Source: Pseudomonadota bacterium (GTDB lineage: Bacteria; Campylobacterota; Campylobacteria; Campylobacterales; Sulfurimonadaceae). From it: a stretch of 64,000 bases of DNA. Made by a program: the position numbers and the translations under genes. The notes under the pieces are model-generated. The model ran no database searches and was not told where the DNA came from. It saw only the letters and a program-made list of their open reading frames with translations. Numbering within the stretch: the first letter of the stretch is position 1; every line of letters begins with the position of its first letter. The DNA lies in NCBI GenBank assembly GCA_043797085.1, contig JAZDQA010000013.1, positions 224,001 to 288,000 on the forward strand, read 5' to 3'. Below are positions 1 through 9,728 of this stretch, one piece after another.

Positions 1-624
1 AAAGCAAAAAGCGATGGAGCAAAGCACTTTATTTTCATGAGTACTGTAAAAGTCTATGGAGAGGAAAGCTCTACTGTCTATACCGAAAACACACCTTGTC
101 ATCCAAAAGATAATTACGGAAGGAGCAAATTTCATGCTGAGCAAGAACTTCTAATGCTAACCGATGTAAATTTTACCGTATCGATCATCCGCACGCCAAT
201 CGTCTATGGGGCAGGTGTAAAAGCCAATATTAAAAACCTTATCGATTTGGTTAAAAAAACAACTGTATTACCGTTTAAAAATACTCACAATATTCGTAGT
301 ATGGTCTATGTAGGAAATTTATATGCTTTACTGACATGCGTAATCGAGCAGCGCATCGGAGGGGTATTTTTGGCATGCGATGACGAGTCTATTTCAACAA
401 CAGAATTTATCCAAAAAATTGCTGCTTCTTTTGGGAAGAAACTCTTTTTAATCTACATCCCCTTATTCGAAGCTGCTCTAAAATTTCTAAAACCCTCATT
501 GCATAAGAGACTCTTTGGTAATCTAATAGTTGATAATACACTAACCAAAGCACGCCTTGGATATCATCCGCCCTACACAATCGATGAGGGAATTAAGATT
601 ATGCTTCATGGGGAAAAAGAATGA
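1..624 (+). CDS. NAD-dependent sugar epimerase/4-reductase (WbpV/WbfT-like SDR), 5'-truncated by the window edge
   Basis: The frame is open from base 1 (KAKSDGAKHFIFMST). It has the SDR catalytic YGRSK (YxxxK) and the motifs IIRTPIVYG and RSMVYVGNL. Confidence 0.85.
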   Translation, partial: KAKSDGAKHFIFMSTVKVYGEESSTVYTENTPCHPKDNYGRSKFHAEQELLMLTDVNFTVSIIRTPIVYGAGVKANIKNLIDLVKKTTVLPFKNTHNIRSMVYVGNLYALLTCVIEQRIGGVFLACDDESISTTEFIQKIAASFGKKLFLIYIPLFEAALKFLKPSLHKRLFGNLIVDNTLTKARLGYHPPYTIDEGIKIMLHGEKE

Positions 625-1187
625 CATCTAAACGCTGTTTCGATCTGATCCTGGCATCCATTGCCACCACCCTCCTTCTTGTGCCATTTTTGATTGTGGC
701 ATTGCTAGTACAAGTCACCTCTAAAGGTCCCATCTTCTACTGGTCTCAACGTGTTGGGAAAAACAATACTCTTTTCTTAATGCCAAAATTTCGCACTATG
801 TGGATTGACACGCCGGCGATAGCTACTCATTTGCTGAATAATCCTGAAGCACTGCTAACTCCTATTGGCTCCTTTTTACGTAAAAGTAGCTTGGATGAGC
901 TACCACAGCTTTGGAGTATCCTTAATGGAGATATGAGCTTTGTGGGTCCGCGCCCTGCTTTGTTTAACCAAGATGATTTAATAGCTCAACGTACAGAAGC
1001 AGGAATACAAACACTGACACCAGGGCTGACGGGATGGGCACAGATCAATGGTCGGGATGAACTACCAATTCCAAAAAAAGTAGCCCTTGATACAGAGTAT
1101 TTACACCAACAATCTTTCTGGTTTGATTTAAAAATACTTGCTTTGACTTTTACCAAAGTAGTTAAAAAAGAGGGTGTTATTCATTAA
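621..1187 (+). CDS. Undecaprenyl-phosphate sugar phosphotransferase (PglC/WbfU-like small initiating transferase)
   Basis: Motifs KRCFD plus one hydrophobic helix, KFRTM, SLDELPQL, GDMSFVGPRP, PGLTGWAQING. ATGA overlap with the upstream gene. Confidence 0.92.
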   Translation: MTSKRCFDLILASIATTLLLVPFLIVALLVQVTSKGPIFYWSQRVGKNNTLFLMPKFRTMWIDTPAIATHLLNNPEALLTPIGSFLRKSSLDELPQLWSILNGDMSFVGPRPALFNQDDLIAQRTEAGIQTLTPGLTGWAQINGRDELPIPKKVALDTEYLHQQSFWFDLKILALTFTKVVKKEGVIH

Positions 1188-1258
1188 AAAATGATCACAT
1201 TGATAAACTCAAGCCATTTAGTTAAAATACCCCCATTAAAACAGAGGACACCTATATC

Positions 1259-3370
1259 ATGCTAAAACTACAAGATGATCGTACTTCCTTAAAAATGCTC
1301 TTTGTTTTTATTCTAATTGCGTATATTTTTTCAGTTCTAATGCGCTTTATTTGGGTCAATGAAATCAGTAGTATTCCTCAATTTCATTGGAATAATGAAC
1401 TAATGATTAACACCAATGATGGCTATGCCTTTGCAGAGGGAGCTCGTGATATTCTTCAAGGTCATCATGAAGAGAACGATTTATCATGGTCGGATTCGGC
1501 TATCTCTCAATTGACTGCCTTTCTGGCTAAAATTATTCCCGTTAGTTTTGAGACTCTTATCCTTTATATGCCCACCTTTATAGGTTCACTCATTGTCATA
1601 CCTCTTATCCTTATTGGACGAGCTCTCAATCAAACCACAATGGGATTTATTGCTGCGCTCATGGGTTCGATCGCTCACAGCTACTACAATCGTACTATGA
1701 CAGGTTACTATGATACCGATATGCTCAATATCGTATTTCCTGTATTGGAGATGTATTCACTGATTCTCGCCCTCACGTACCAGCGAAACCGTATCCTCAT
1801 TCCTATTACCATTTCTATTGCCTTATATCAATGGTGGTATCCTGGAGCATATGCCTTCGATAGTGCTCTTTTTCTCATGCTAATCGGATATGCTCTTATC
1901 TTTGAGCGCAAGAATGTGTATCTTTATAAAATCGCTTTATTTATTCTTATTGGTATTTTAGCTATTCCTCTTGTCAGTAAAATCAGCCTAGCCCTTATTC
2001 TTTTTGCTTTCTTTCACTTCCAAAAAGAGCTTTCTGTAAAACTTTTTTGGCCTCTTTTTACTGCAATCGCAGGAATTTACTTTTTTACCGGTGGAATCGA
2101 TCCTATTTGGACTCTTCTAAAGGTATACATTGTCCATAGTGCCTCAGAAAATACAGTTACTACATCCCTAAATTATTATAATGTTATAAACACTGTACGG
2201 GAAGCTGGACATATTCCTTTCACTGTTTTTGCAGAACGTATTAGTGGGCATACAATTACTTTTATACTAGCATGTATCGGTTATATTATGGCTCTCATAG
2301 CATATCGTCCTCTTCTAATTACTCTTCCGTTGGTTGGGCTTGGATTTATTGCCACATTTGCAGGATTACGTTTTACTATTTATGCTGTTCCCGTCATGGC
2401 CATTGGGTTTGCCTATTTACTTATATTTCTCACTCAACGCATTGAAAAATCATGGCTTAAATATGCCACTCTTTTTGTTTTTATCGGAGCAGGAATTTAT
2501 CCTAATTATCTTCATATCAAAGAATACATGACTCCAACGGTTTTTACAACTCAAGAAGTAACCTCTCTTGATCAATTTCGAAAAATTGCAAGCAGAGATG
2601 ATTATGTTGTTACATGGTGGGATTATGGTTATCCAATCCGTTATTACAGTGATGTCAAAACATGGATTGATGGAGGAAAGCATTCCGGAGATGTAAATTA
2701 TCCAGCATCCTTTGTCCTCACGACACAAGATCAAAATTCTGCTGCGCATATGATGCGTTTATTCACGGAATACACAGAGAAAGGCTATAAAGACAGTAAC
2801 AAAACTCAAAATGATTTTGAATATATGATGACCAAAGAAGGATTTAAAGATCCTGAAGAATTTTTAACCGCATTAGCTTTACCCGAATATAAGCTACCAA
2901 AAAAGAGTAGAGATATTTATCTCTACCTGCCATTGCGAATGATGGAAATTTTACCTACTATTACCCTCTTCAGTAATTTGGATCTTAAAAATCCGGATAA
3001 TCGAGACCAGCCTTTTTTCTATGCAACTCAAACAATGCAAGATACAGGTAAAACTCTCGAACTAGGAAATGGCATCTCTGTTATTAAAGATAAAAATATT
3101 GTCAAAATCGGGAATCAAGAAGTTCCGATTAAAGCTTTTTACCAAGTTGGCTATGACAAAACCAATACGCTTCAAATTAACGAGCAGCACTTTACTTCCG
3201 ATGGTTTAAATCTCATTTATATGGCAAGCTATGGACGATTTTTAGTTTTGGATGATTTTTATTTCAACTCTACTTATATTCAAATGTTTATCCTAGATCG
3301 ATACGACCGCAATCTTTTTGTCCCTATTTTAAGTGACCCTATGACTAAAATTTATAAACTAAAAATATAA
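1259..3370 (+). CDS. pglB: Oligosaccharyltransferase, STT3 family (protein N-glycosylation)
   Basis: Multi-TM N-terminus; motifs TNDGY, YYDTD, NTVRE, WWDYG and DGGKH. GAGGA RBS. Confidence 0.97.
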   Translation: MLKLQDDRTSLKMLFVFILIAYIFSVLMRFIWVNEISSIPQFHWNNELMINTNDGYAFAEGARDILQGHHEENDLSWSDSAISQLTAFLAKIIPVSFETLILYMPTFIGSLIVIPLILIGRALNQTTMGFIAALMGSIAHSYYNRTMTGYYDTDMLNIVFPVLEMYSLILALTYQRNRILIPITISIALYQWWYPGAYAFDSALFLMLIGYALIFERKNVYLYKIALFILIGILAIPLVSKISLALILFAFFHFQKELSVKLFWPLFTAIAGIYFFTGGIDPIWTLLKVYIVHSASENTVTTSLNYYNVINTVREAGHIPFTVFAERISGHTITFILACIGYIMALIAYRPLLITLPLVGLGFIATFAGLRFTIYAVPVMAIGFAYLLIFLTQRIEKSWLKYATLFVFIGAGIYPNYLHIKEYMTPTVFTTQEVTSLDQFRKIASRDDYVVTWWDYGYPIRYYSDVKTWIDGGKHSGDVNYPASFVLTTQDQNSAAHMMRLFTEYTEKGYKDSNKTQNDFEYMMTKEGFKDPEEFLTALALPEYKLPKKSRDIYLYLPLRMMEILPTITLFSNLDLKNPDNRDQPFFYATQTMQDTGKTLELGNGISVIKDKNIVKIGNQEVPIKAFYQVGYDKTNTLQINEQHFTSDGLNLIYMASYGRFLVLDDFYFNSTYIQMFILDRYDRNLFVPILSDPMTKIYKLKI

Positions 3371-3373
3371 ACA

Positions 3374-5167
3374 ATGCAACAAGAAAAGCCAAGCGCACAG
3401 ATGCTGACACCAAGCAGTACAAAACGGCTGATGTTTTTCGTCCTTGCGGATATCTTTCTTTCGGTTTTTACTCTTTATAGTGCATATCTGCTTCGTTTTA
3501 ATTTTGCAATCCCAGAAAATTTTCTCCTCCCCTTTTGGCATGTTGTATTTTTGATTATTGTACTAAAAATATCTACGATTGCTCTCTTTAGTGGCTACCG
3601 TTTCATTTGGCGTTTTTTTGCCCTTAATGATGCTAAAAAACTTTTTTTTGCCCATCTTTTAGCGTACACTCTGTTTTCTTTACTCTTTTTATTTTTCCCC
3701 GAACCCTTTAATCCTTTCCCTAGAAGCGTTATTATTATTGATCTGTTTCTCTCCTTTATTTTCTTGGGAGCATTGCGGTTTTCCAAGCGGCTTTTAATTG
3801 AGTCAAGCGGTAACATCAGTAAACTCAAACCAGCCATTATCATAGGGATATCCTCTAACACCGACACTCTTATTAAAAGTTTGTTAAAAGGAGATTACTA
3901 TCCTCTTGCCATTATCGCGGTACTGGACAAAAATCAAAACATGGTCGGCTCAACAATTCACGATATCAAAGTATATAATTTTCATCAACTTTCCGAAATT
4001 GTTCAAAAACACCCTATAACTGCTGCTGTCATCGATGGGACTTTGCCACAAAAAACATTGCAACAAATTTACGCCAACCTCAAAGAAACTTCCATACAGG
4101 AAATCAAACGCTCCATCAACTTAAGCGACACAATCAGCTCAATTGAACCTCTTCGCATCGAAGATCTTCTCGCCCGTCACCCCAAAGACCTCGATACCCA
4201 AACCATCGAGAACTTTATACAGGGTAAAACGATTATGATTACCGGTGCAGGAGGAAGTATCGGGAGTGAAATTGCGTTGCAATGTCATCTGTTTGGAGCA
4301 TTAGAACTTATCCTAATCGATCACAGTGAATACAATCTTTATCAAATCGGCGAAAAACTTCCAAAAGCCCAAATGCGACTGTGCAATATACTCGATCGCA
4401 CTATGCTCGATTCTATTATCCGTACCAGTAAGCCTGATATCCTTATTCACGCTGCCGCCTACAAGCACGTTCCTCTGTGTGAAGCCAACATCCATGCGGC
4501 GATTACCAACAACGTCATTGGAAGCTGCAACGTCATTGACAGTGCCATCGATCATAACGTTTCAAAGGTTGTCATCATATCCACTGACAAAGCGGTACGC
4601 CCTACGAACATCATGGGAACGACCAAGCGGATCGTTGAACTCTATGCCCAAAACGTTGATTCACGAAACAGCGAGATTGTGGCGGTTCGTTTTGGGAATG
4701 TTTTGGGTTCCAGCGGAAGTGTTATTCCAAAATTCAAAGAGCAAATCGAAGCAGGTGGACCCATCACCCTGACACATCCTGATATAACCCGCTATTTTAT
4801 GCTCATTAGCGAAGCGTGCCAGCTCGTTCTTCAAGCAGCTGCTATTGCCCGTGGCGGTGAACTTTTTATTCTTGACATGGGAGAACCTATTCGGATTATT
4901 GATTTAGCGCGCACGATGATTCGACTTTATGCGCATAATGATATTGAGATAGTGACCACGGGATTACGTCCGGGGGAAAAACTGTATGAGGAACTTTTGA
5001 TTGATGAGAGCGAACAAAAAACCGCTTTTGATTCGATTATGATCGCAGGGTCAACAGTTTATCCTATCGAGCAATTGCGTAATGATATTCAAACGCTTCT
5101 GCTCTCAGATGAACCCATTAATGCTCTTCGTCAAATCGTCCCCGAATTTACAAACCCTGCGGTGTAA
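3374..5167 (+). CDS. pglF: UDP-N-acetylglucosamine 4,6-dehydratase (PglF/CapD family)
   Basis: Four N-terminal TM helices; motifs TGAGGSIGSE, HAAAYKHVP, STDKAV, VRFGNVLGSSGSV, GLRPGEKLYEEL. Confidence 0.93.
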   Translation: MQQEKPSAQMLTPSSTKRLMFFVLADIFLSVFTLYSAYLLRFNFAIPENFLLPFWHVVFLIIVLKISTIALFSGYRFIWRFFALNDAKKLFFAHLLAYTLFSLLFLFFPEPFNPFPRSVIIIDLFLSFIFLGALRFSKRLLIESSGNISKLKPAIIIGISSNTDTLIKSLLKGDYYPLAIIAVLDKNQNMVGSTIHDIKVYNFHQLSEIVQKHPITAAVIDGTLPQKTLQQIYANLKETSIQEIKRSINLSDTISSIEPLRIEDLLARHPKDLDTQTIENFIQGKTIMITGAGGSIGSEIALQCHLFGALELILIDHSEYNLYQIGEKLPKAQMRLCNILDRTMLDSIIRTSKPDILIHAAAYKHVPLCEANIHAAITNNVIGSCNVIDSAIDHNVSKVVIISTDKAVRPTNIMGTTKRIVELYAQNVDSRNSEIVAVRFGNVLGSSGSVIPKFKEQIEAGGPITLTHPDITRYFMLISEACQLVLQAAAIARGGELFILDMGEPIRIIDLARTMIRLYAHNDIEIVTTGLRPGEKLYEELLIDESEQKTAFDSIMIAGSTVYPIEQLRNDIQTLLLSDEPINALRQIVPEFTNPAV

Positions 5168-7265
5168 ATAATATTTCGATCGGAAACGGACGATCGATGT
5201 GGTACCCTTGCGCAAAGTCCACATTAAGCTCATTAAGCACATGCAACACTGCAGCTGTCTCAACATACTCACAAATGGTTGCGATGCCCATAACGTGCCC
5301 TATTTGATTGATGGCATCTACCATTGCGCGGTTAATCGGATTAAGATGAATATCGTGAACGAAAGAGCCGTCTATTTTTAAATAATCGATCGGCATATTC
5401 TGCAAATACGAAAACGATGAGAGCCCGCATCCAAAATCATCCAATGCAAAACGGCATCCCAATGCTCGAAATTCATTAATAAATTCCAAAGCATTCGTCA
5501 TATTCCCTACAGCTTCGGTCTCTGTGATTTCAAACGTTATCGTGTGATAGGGGACACCATAATTTCCGAACAATCCCCGTATAAAATCTTTTGTCCTCGC
5601 ATCACCCAAAGACGCGCCTGAAATATTGATACTAAAATACGTCTCTTCATTCACTTCATGCCAAATCTTTGTAAAGCTTTTAAAGGTATTTTCCATCACC
5701 CATCGATCGAGTTTGGGCATAAAACCATAGCGCTCTGCTGCGGGTATAAATGCCATAGGAGGGATAATCTCCCCACTTTCTTCACGAAGCCGCACTAAAA
5801 CTTCATAATGCCGACGTTGAAGCGGATCTAAAACGGGAACAATCGGCTGAACGTACAAAACAAATGAATTAGTAATTAATGCCTCTTCAAGCCGTCCAAT
5901 CCACTGCATTTGGTTGCGGCGTTCTTGAATCGTTGCGTCTTTTGGATGTGCCACGTGAATACGGTTTCGACCGCCGTCTTTTGCCGCATAACACGCAGCG
6001 TCCGCTTGAGACAAGAGATTGGTCAAAGTGCAACACTCTTTCATAATCCCTACCATCCCTATACTGGCCCCTATTCGGAAGGTATTGCCTTGATAATTAA
6101 ATCGATATTCGCCTATCGCATTAAGCAACCGCTGACCTTGTAATTGAGCATCTTCAATGGTCGAATCAATATAAATAATTCCAAACTCATCACCGCCTAA
6201 TCGCGCAACCACGTCACACTCTCGGGCAGAACGCTTTAAAACAAGAGCGATCTGGCGCAAGAGCTCATCTCCCGCAATGTGTCCGCACTTGTCATTAATG
6301 ATTTTAAATTGATCCAAATCGATATAGCACATCACATGAGTCGCTTCACCTTTCTTCGTACTCTCTATTGCAGCTTTGAGGCGCTGCTCAAACTCATAAC
6401 GATTCACCAATCCGGTAATCGAGTCCAGCTTAACCATTTTTTCCAGCTCTTGCGTACGGCGAGAGACTTCGGCTTCAAGCGATTCATTGTAGTTTTTAAG
6501 CTGTACATTCAATTCATGGTTCTCAAAATCAGCACGGGCAAGTTGATCGGTATTGATCGTCACTTTATATGTCAGCCAAAATAAAAGAGAAATAATGACA
6601 ACAATATTAAGATCGCGCCAAAATGTATCCGTAATAAACATAAAAAGTGCTGCCAAAAATCCGATAGCAAATACAAATCCATTAAACTGCATTCCCGTAC
6701 AATCAGGGGCAGCAAGGGTACAATAATCACACCTTGCATACGGTTTAAACCCATTCCGAGCGAGAATACAATTTTTATTCGTAGTCAATTCCGGCAAGTC
6801 ACTAGAGCACGATGAAGATTTTTGCAAACTTTTAAGCCCTATGTAGCCTAACGCTGAAAGACAAAAGCCAAAAAAGGTGCTTATCATCATAAACACCCCC
6901 ATAAATGTCCCTATCAACCATGTAATCAAAGGATAATAGAAGAATAATCCAATAGCAACAGAGGAGACCAGCAACCGTAAGAACAACTCAAACCATTCAC
7001 TCTCTCGATTCATAAAATAGGATCGTTCATACGCAGGAGAAATGGTACAGATGGATCGTTTGAGGATTAATTCAATGAGGTGTAAAAGCCAACTGGTCGG
7101 GGAATAATGGAGGGTAGTGATAAGCGTAATTAAATTGACAGCAAAATAGAGATAAAAAAGTCCGATATTTTGAAAAAATACCCCAAAAATTATAATAAAA
7201 CCTAAAACCAAGCGATTAAATTTAACTTCACCTGGTGTCGGTGATTGATACGCGAACCACAACAT
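5148..7265 (-). CDS. Membrane-bound diguanylate cyclase/phosphodiesterase (DUF4395-like N-terminus, GGDEF, EAL)
   Basis: RECD-x5-GGDEF; EVLVR and DDFGCG in the EAL domain; hydrophobic N-terminus ending FGFCLS, followed by a Cys-rich loop. Confidence 0.9.
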   Translation of the reverse strand: MLWFAYQSPTPGEVKFNRLVLGFIIIFGVFFQNIGLFYLYFAVNLITLITTLHYSPTSWLLHLIELILKRSICTISPAYERSYFMNRESEWFELFLRLLVSSVAIGLFFYYPLITWLIGTFMGVFMMISTFFGFCLSALGYIGLKSLQKSSSCSSDLPELTTNKNCILARNGFKPYARCDYCTLAAPDCTGMQFNGFVFAIGFLAALFMFITDTFWRDLNIVVIISLLFWLTYKVTINTDQLARADFENHELNVQLKNYNESLEAEVSRRTQELEKMVKLDSITGLVNRYEFEQRLKAAIESTKKGEATHVMCYIDLDQFKIINDKCGHIAGDELLRQIALVLKRSARECDVVARLGGDEFGIIYIDSTIEDAQLQGQRLLNAIGEYRFNYQGNTFRIGASIGMVGIMKECCTLTNLLSQADAACYAAKDGGRNRIHVAHPKDATIQERRNQMQWIGRLEEALITNSFVLYVQPIVPVLDPLQRRHYEVLVRLREESGEIIPPMAFIPAAERYGFMPKLDRWVMENTFKSFTKIWHEVNEETYFSINISGASLGDARTKDFIRGLFGNYGVPYHTITFEITETEAVGNMTNALEFINEFRALGCRFALDDFGCGLSSFSYLQNMPIDYLKIDGSFVHDIHLNPINRAMVDAINQIGHVMGIATICEYVETAAVLHVLNELNVDFAQGYHIDRPFPIEILFTPQGL

Positions 7266-7343
7266 ACTTTATCATCCTATTGTCACAAAAATATCACATT
7301 TGTTTATCATACTCAGAAAAGTAAAAAAAGGAGCTTAACTCTT

Positions 7344-7370
7344 GTCATTCCGTGCCACGACACGGAATCC
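7344..7370. repeat. REP-like palindrome (GTCATT...GGAATCC family)
   Basis: gtcATTCCGTG-ccacga-CACGGAATcc. A related copy lies at 9159-9186. Confidence 0.65.
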
Positions 7371-7446
7371 ATTCACTATTTATGAATACCGTATCTATCC
7401 CTAAATGGCACATGAAGTACGGTACCTCAAAGAGGTTCTGACAGTA

Positions 7447-9135
7447 TTATAACTCTGTTTTTAACGCAGCCCCATTCGAAGCATTGGAGACAAGAAGGCT
7501 GTAACGCTTAAGCCACTTGGAGGTAATCTCTTTTTTGTGAGGTTTCCACGCCGAACGACGCATAGAAAGTACCTCTTCATCGACATTCAGCTGCAATAAA
7601 TGGGTATCGACATCCAGTTGAATCTCATCCCCATCCTCGATAAGAGCAATAAGTCCACCCTCAGCAGCCTCAGGGCTTACGTGCCCGATGGATGCACCGC
7701 GTGTTGCTCCGCTAAAACGTCCGTCTGTGATCAGCGCTACGCTCTCACCCAGTCCCATCCCCATAATCAATGCCGTAGGAGCTAGCATCTCTTGCATCCC
7801 AGGACCCCCTTTTGGTCCTTCGTAGCGGATAACGACGACATCTCCGGCTTTTACTTTGTGACCCATAATTCCGGCAATGGCTTCATTTTGGGAGTTAAAA
7901 CAAATCGCTTTTCCTGTAAATTGACGCATATTAGAGGTAATTCCGGCTGTTTTAACAACCGCTCCCTCTAATGCCAAATTTCCAAAAAGAATCGATAACC
8001 CACCGACAGGAGAAAAAGCGTTTTCATTCGTGTGGATAATGCCTGTATCTTTAATAACCGCATCTTTAATTCGCTCACCCAGTGTTTCACCCGTAACCAT
8101 CATGGCATCCAAATGTAGAACACCGCCTCTACGGCTTACCTCTTTCATAACGGCATTGACTCCGCCTGCACGGTTGATATCGTCCATATGAACGGTCGAA
8201 AGTGACGGAGAAATTTTTGCGATATGGGCAACTTTCTCCGAAATTTCATTGATTTTGTGAATGCTGAAATCAACTTCTGCCTCTTTGGCAATGCTCAACA
8301 AATGTAAAACGGTATTAGACGAGCCGCCCATCGCCATATCAATAACAAATGCATTGTGAATTGCTTTGTCATTTAGAATGTTGCGCATATTCCACTTCTC
8401 ACTGTTTTTATCCAGTGTCATCTCGACAATACGCTTCGCAGCAACTTTGACCATAGCAATACGCTCAGGCGTCATTGCCAAAACTGTACCATTACCCGGC
8501 AATGCAACGCCCATCGCTTCACAAAGGGTATTCATAGAGTTTGCCGTAAACATGCCCGAACATGACCCGCCGCTTGGGCAGGCTTCACATTCGATCTCAT
8601 AGAGTTCTTCATCACTCATCTTACCATTGGCATGTTGACCCACCGCTTCAAATGCGGTTGCAAGGTCGATAGGGGTTCCGTCTTTTTTATGCCCAGCCTT
8701 CATAGGCCCGCCCGACACAAAAATCGTCGGAACATTGACACGTAATGCACCCATTAACATTCCCGGTACGATCTTGTCACAGTTAGGGATACAAATCAAT
8801 CCGTCAAGCTTGTGCGCATTCATTACCGTTTCGATACTGTCGGCTATCAACTCACGACTTGGCAAGCTGTACAACATCCCATCATGGCCCATCGCAATAC
8901 CATCATCCACACCGATAGTATTAAACTCAAACGGCACACCACCTGCTTCTCGAATCGCTTCTTTTACGATGCGACCGTACTCTTGAAGAAAAAAGTGCCC
9001 CGGAATAATGTCAATATGTGAGTTTGCCACTCCAATAAACGGCTTATTAAAATCTTCATCTTTTAATCCCGTTGCTCGTAACAAACTTCGGTGAGGAGTT
9101 CTGTCAAATCCTTTTTTAATCGTATCACTGCGCAT
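7447..9135 (-). CDS. ilvD: Dihydroxy-acid dehydratase
   Basis: Motifs [61 protein letters not shown]. Confidence 0.98.
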   Translation of the reverse strand: MRSDTIKKGFDRTPHRSLLRATGLKDEDFNKPFIGVANSHIDIIPGHFFLQEYGRIVKEAIREAGGVPFEFNTIGVDDGIAMGHDGMLYSLPSRELIADSIETVMNAHKLDGLICIPNCDKIVPGMLMGALRVNVPTIFVSGGPMKAGHKKDGTPIDLATAFEAVGQHANGKMSDEELYEIECEACPSGGSCSGMFTANSMNTLCEAMGVALPGNGTVLAMTPERIAMVKVAAKRIVEMTLDKNSEKWNMRNILNDKAIHNAFVIDMAMGGSSNTVLHLLSIAKEAEVDFSIHKINEISEKVAHIAKISPSLSTVHMDDINRAGGVNAVMKEVSRRGGVLHLDAMMVTGETLGERIKDAVIKDTGIIHTNENAFSPVGGLSILFGNLALEGAVVKTAGITSNMRQFTGKAICFNSQNEAIAGIMGHKVKAGDVVVIRYEGPKGGPGMQEMLAPTALIMGMGLGESVALITDGRFSGATRGASIGHVSPEAAEGGLIALIEDGDEIQLDVDTHLLQLNVDEEVLSMRRSAWKPHKKEITSKWLKRYSLLVSNASNGAALKTEL

Positions 9136-9158
9136 TATTCATCCTTTTGCTTAGCTTT

Positions 9159-9186
9159 CGTCATTCTCGCGAAGGCGGGAATCCAG
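9159..9186. repeat. REP-like palindrome (CGTC-type) in the ilvD upstream region
   Basis: cgtcATTCTCGC-gaag-GCGGGAATccag, a stem-loop with one G:T pair. Confidence 0.7.
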
Positions 9187-9235
9187 CTTTTTTATTAATT
9201 ATTTCTCATTATAGCTAATTTTTTATTCCTGCCTC

Positions 9236-9264
9236 TTTACATACATTATTTTTTTTGCTATACT
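9236..9264 (+). promoter_or_regulatory. Sigma70 promoter of the tRNA cluster
   Basis: TTTACA-N17-TATACT with extended TGn (TGCTATACT), 17 nt upstream of tRNA-Gly. Confidence 0.65.
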
Positions 9265-9281
9265 TCCAGTCCACAAAAAAT

Positions 9282-9356
<75 letters not shown>

Positions 9357-9357
9357 T

Positions 9358-9409
9358 ATACCTCAGTTAAAATATCGAAATCCGATGTCTTAGTTGAGGT
9401 ATTTTTTTT
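9358..9409 (+). terminator. Long hairpin plus T-tract between tRNA-Gly and tRNA-Leu
   Basis: The ATACCTCA...TGAGGTAT stem extends inward through G:T pairs and is followed by a T run. Confidence 0.55.
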
Positions 9410-9418
9410 GTTATCGTT

Positions 9419-9505
9419 GCCCGGATGGCGAAATCGGTAGACGCAAGGGACTTAAAATCCCTCGGTGGTAACACTGTGCCGGTTCAAGTCCGGCTCCGGG
9501 CACCA
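9419..9505 (+). tRNA. tRNA-Leu (TAA)
   Basis: Acceptor stem GCCCGGA/TCCGGGC, arm AGGGA-CTTAAAA-TCCCT, long variable arm, CCA. Confidence 0.97.
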
Positions 9506-9518
9506 CAATTACATGGAT

Positions 9519-9592
9519 GGTGGCATGGCCAAGTGGTAAGGCGCTGGTTTGCAAAACCTTGACCCCCAGTTCGAATCTGGGTGCCACCTCCA
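9519..9592 (+). tRNA. tRNA-Cys (GCA)
   Basis: Acceptor stem GGTGGCA/TGCCACC, U discriminator, TTGCAAA loop, GTTCGAATC, CCA. Confidence 0.95.
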
Positions 9593-9621
9593 AGATGTAA
9601 GAAATACGCTCCTTTTTATGC

Positions 9622-9709
9622 GGGTCACTGGCAGAGTGGTCGATTGCACCGGTCTTGAAAACCGGCGAGGGTTAAACCTCCTAAGGTTCAAATCCTTAGT
9701 GGCCCGCCA
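9622..9709 (+). tRNA. tRNA-Ser (TGA)
   Basis: Acceptor stem GGGTCAC/GTGGCCC, arm CCGGT-CTTGAAA-ACCGG, long variable arm, G discriminator plus CCA. Confidence 0.95.
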
Positions 9710-9728
9710 TCACAACACAAAAATTCTT

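Noticed and set aside
5148..5167. Convergent 3' gene overlaps (also 12278-12305 and 38771-38787)
   Set aside because: Short tail-to-tail overlaps are common in compact genomes, and nothing suggests a special function.
9622..9709. Long tRNA as a selenocysteine or suppressor tRNA
   Set aside because: The anticodon is TGA (reads UCA, Ser), not TCA, and the acceptor stem is the normal 7 bp.
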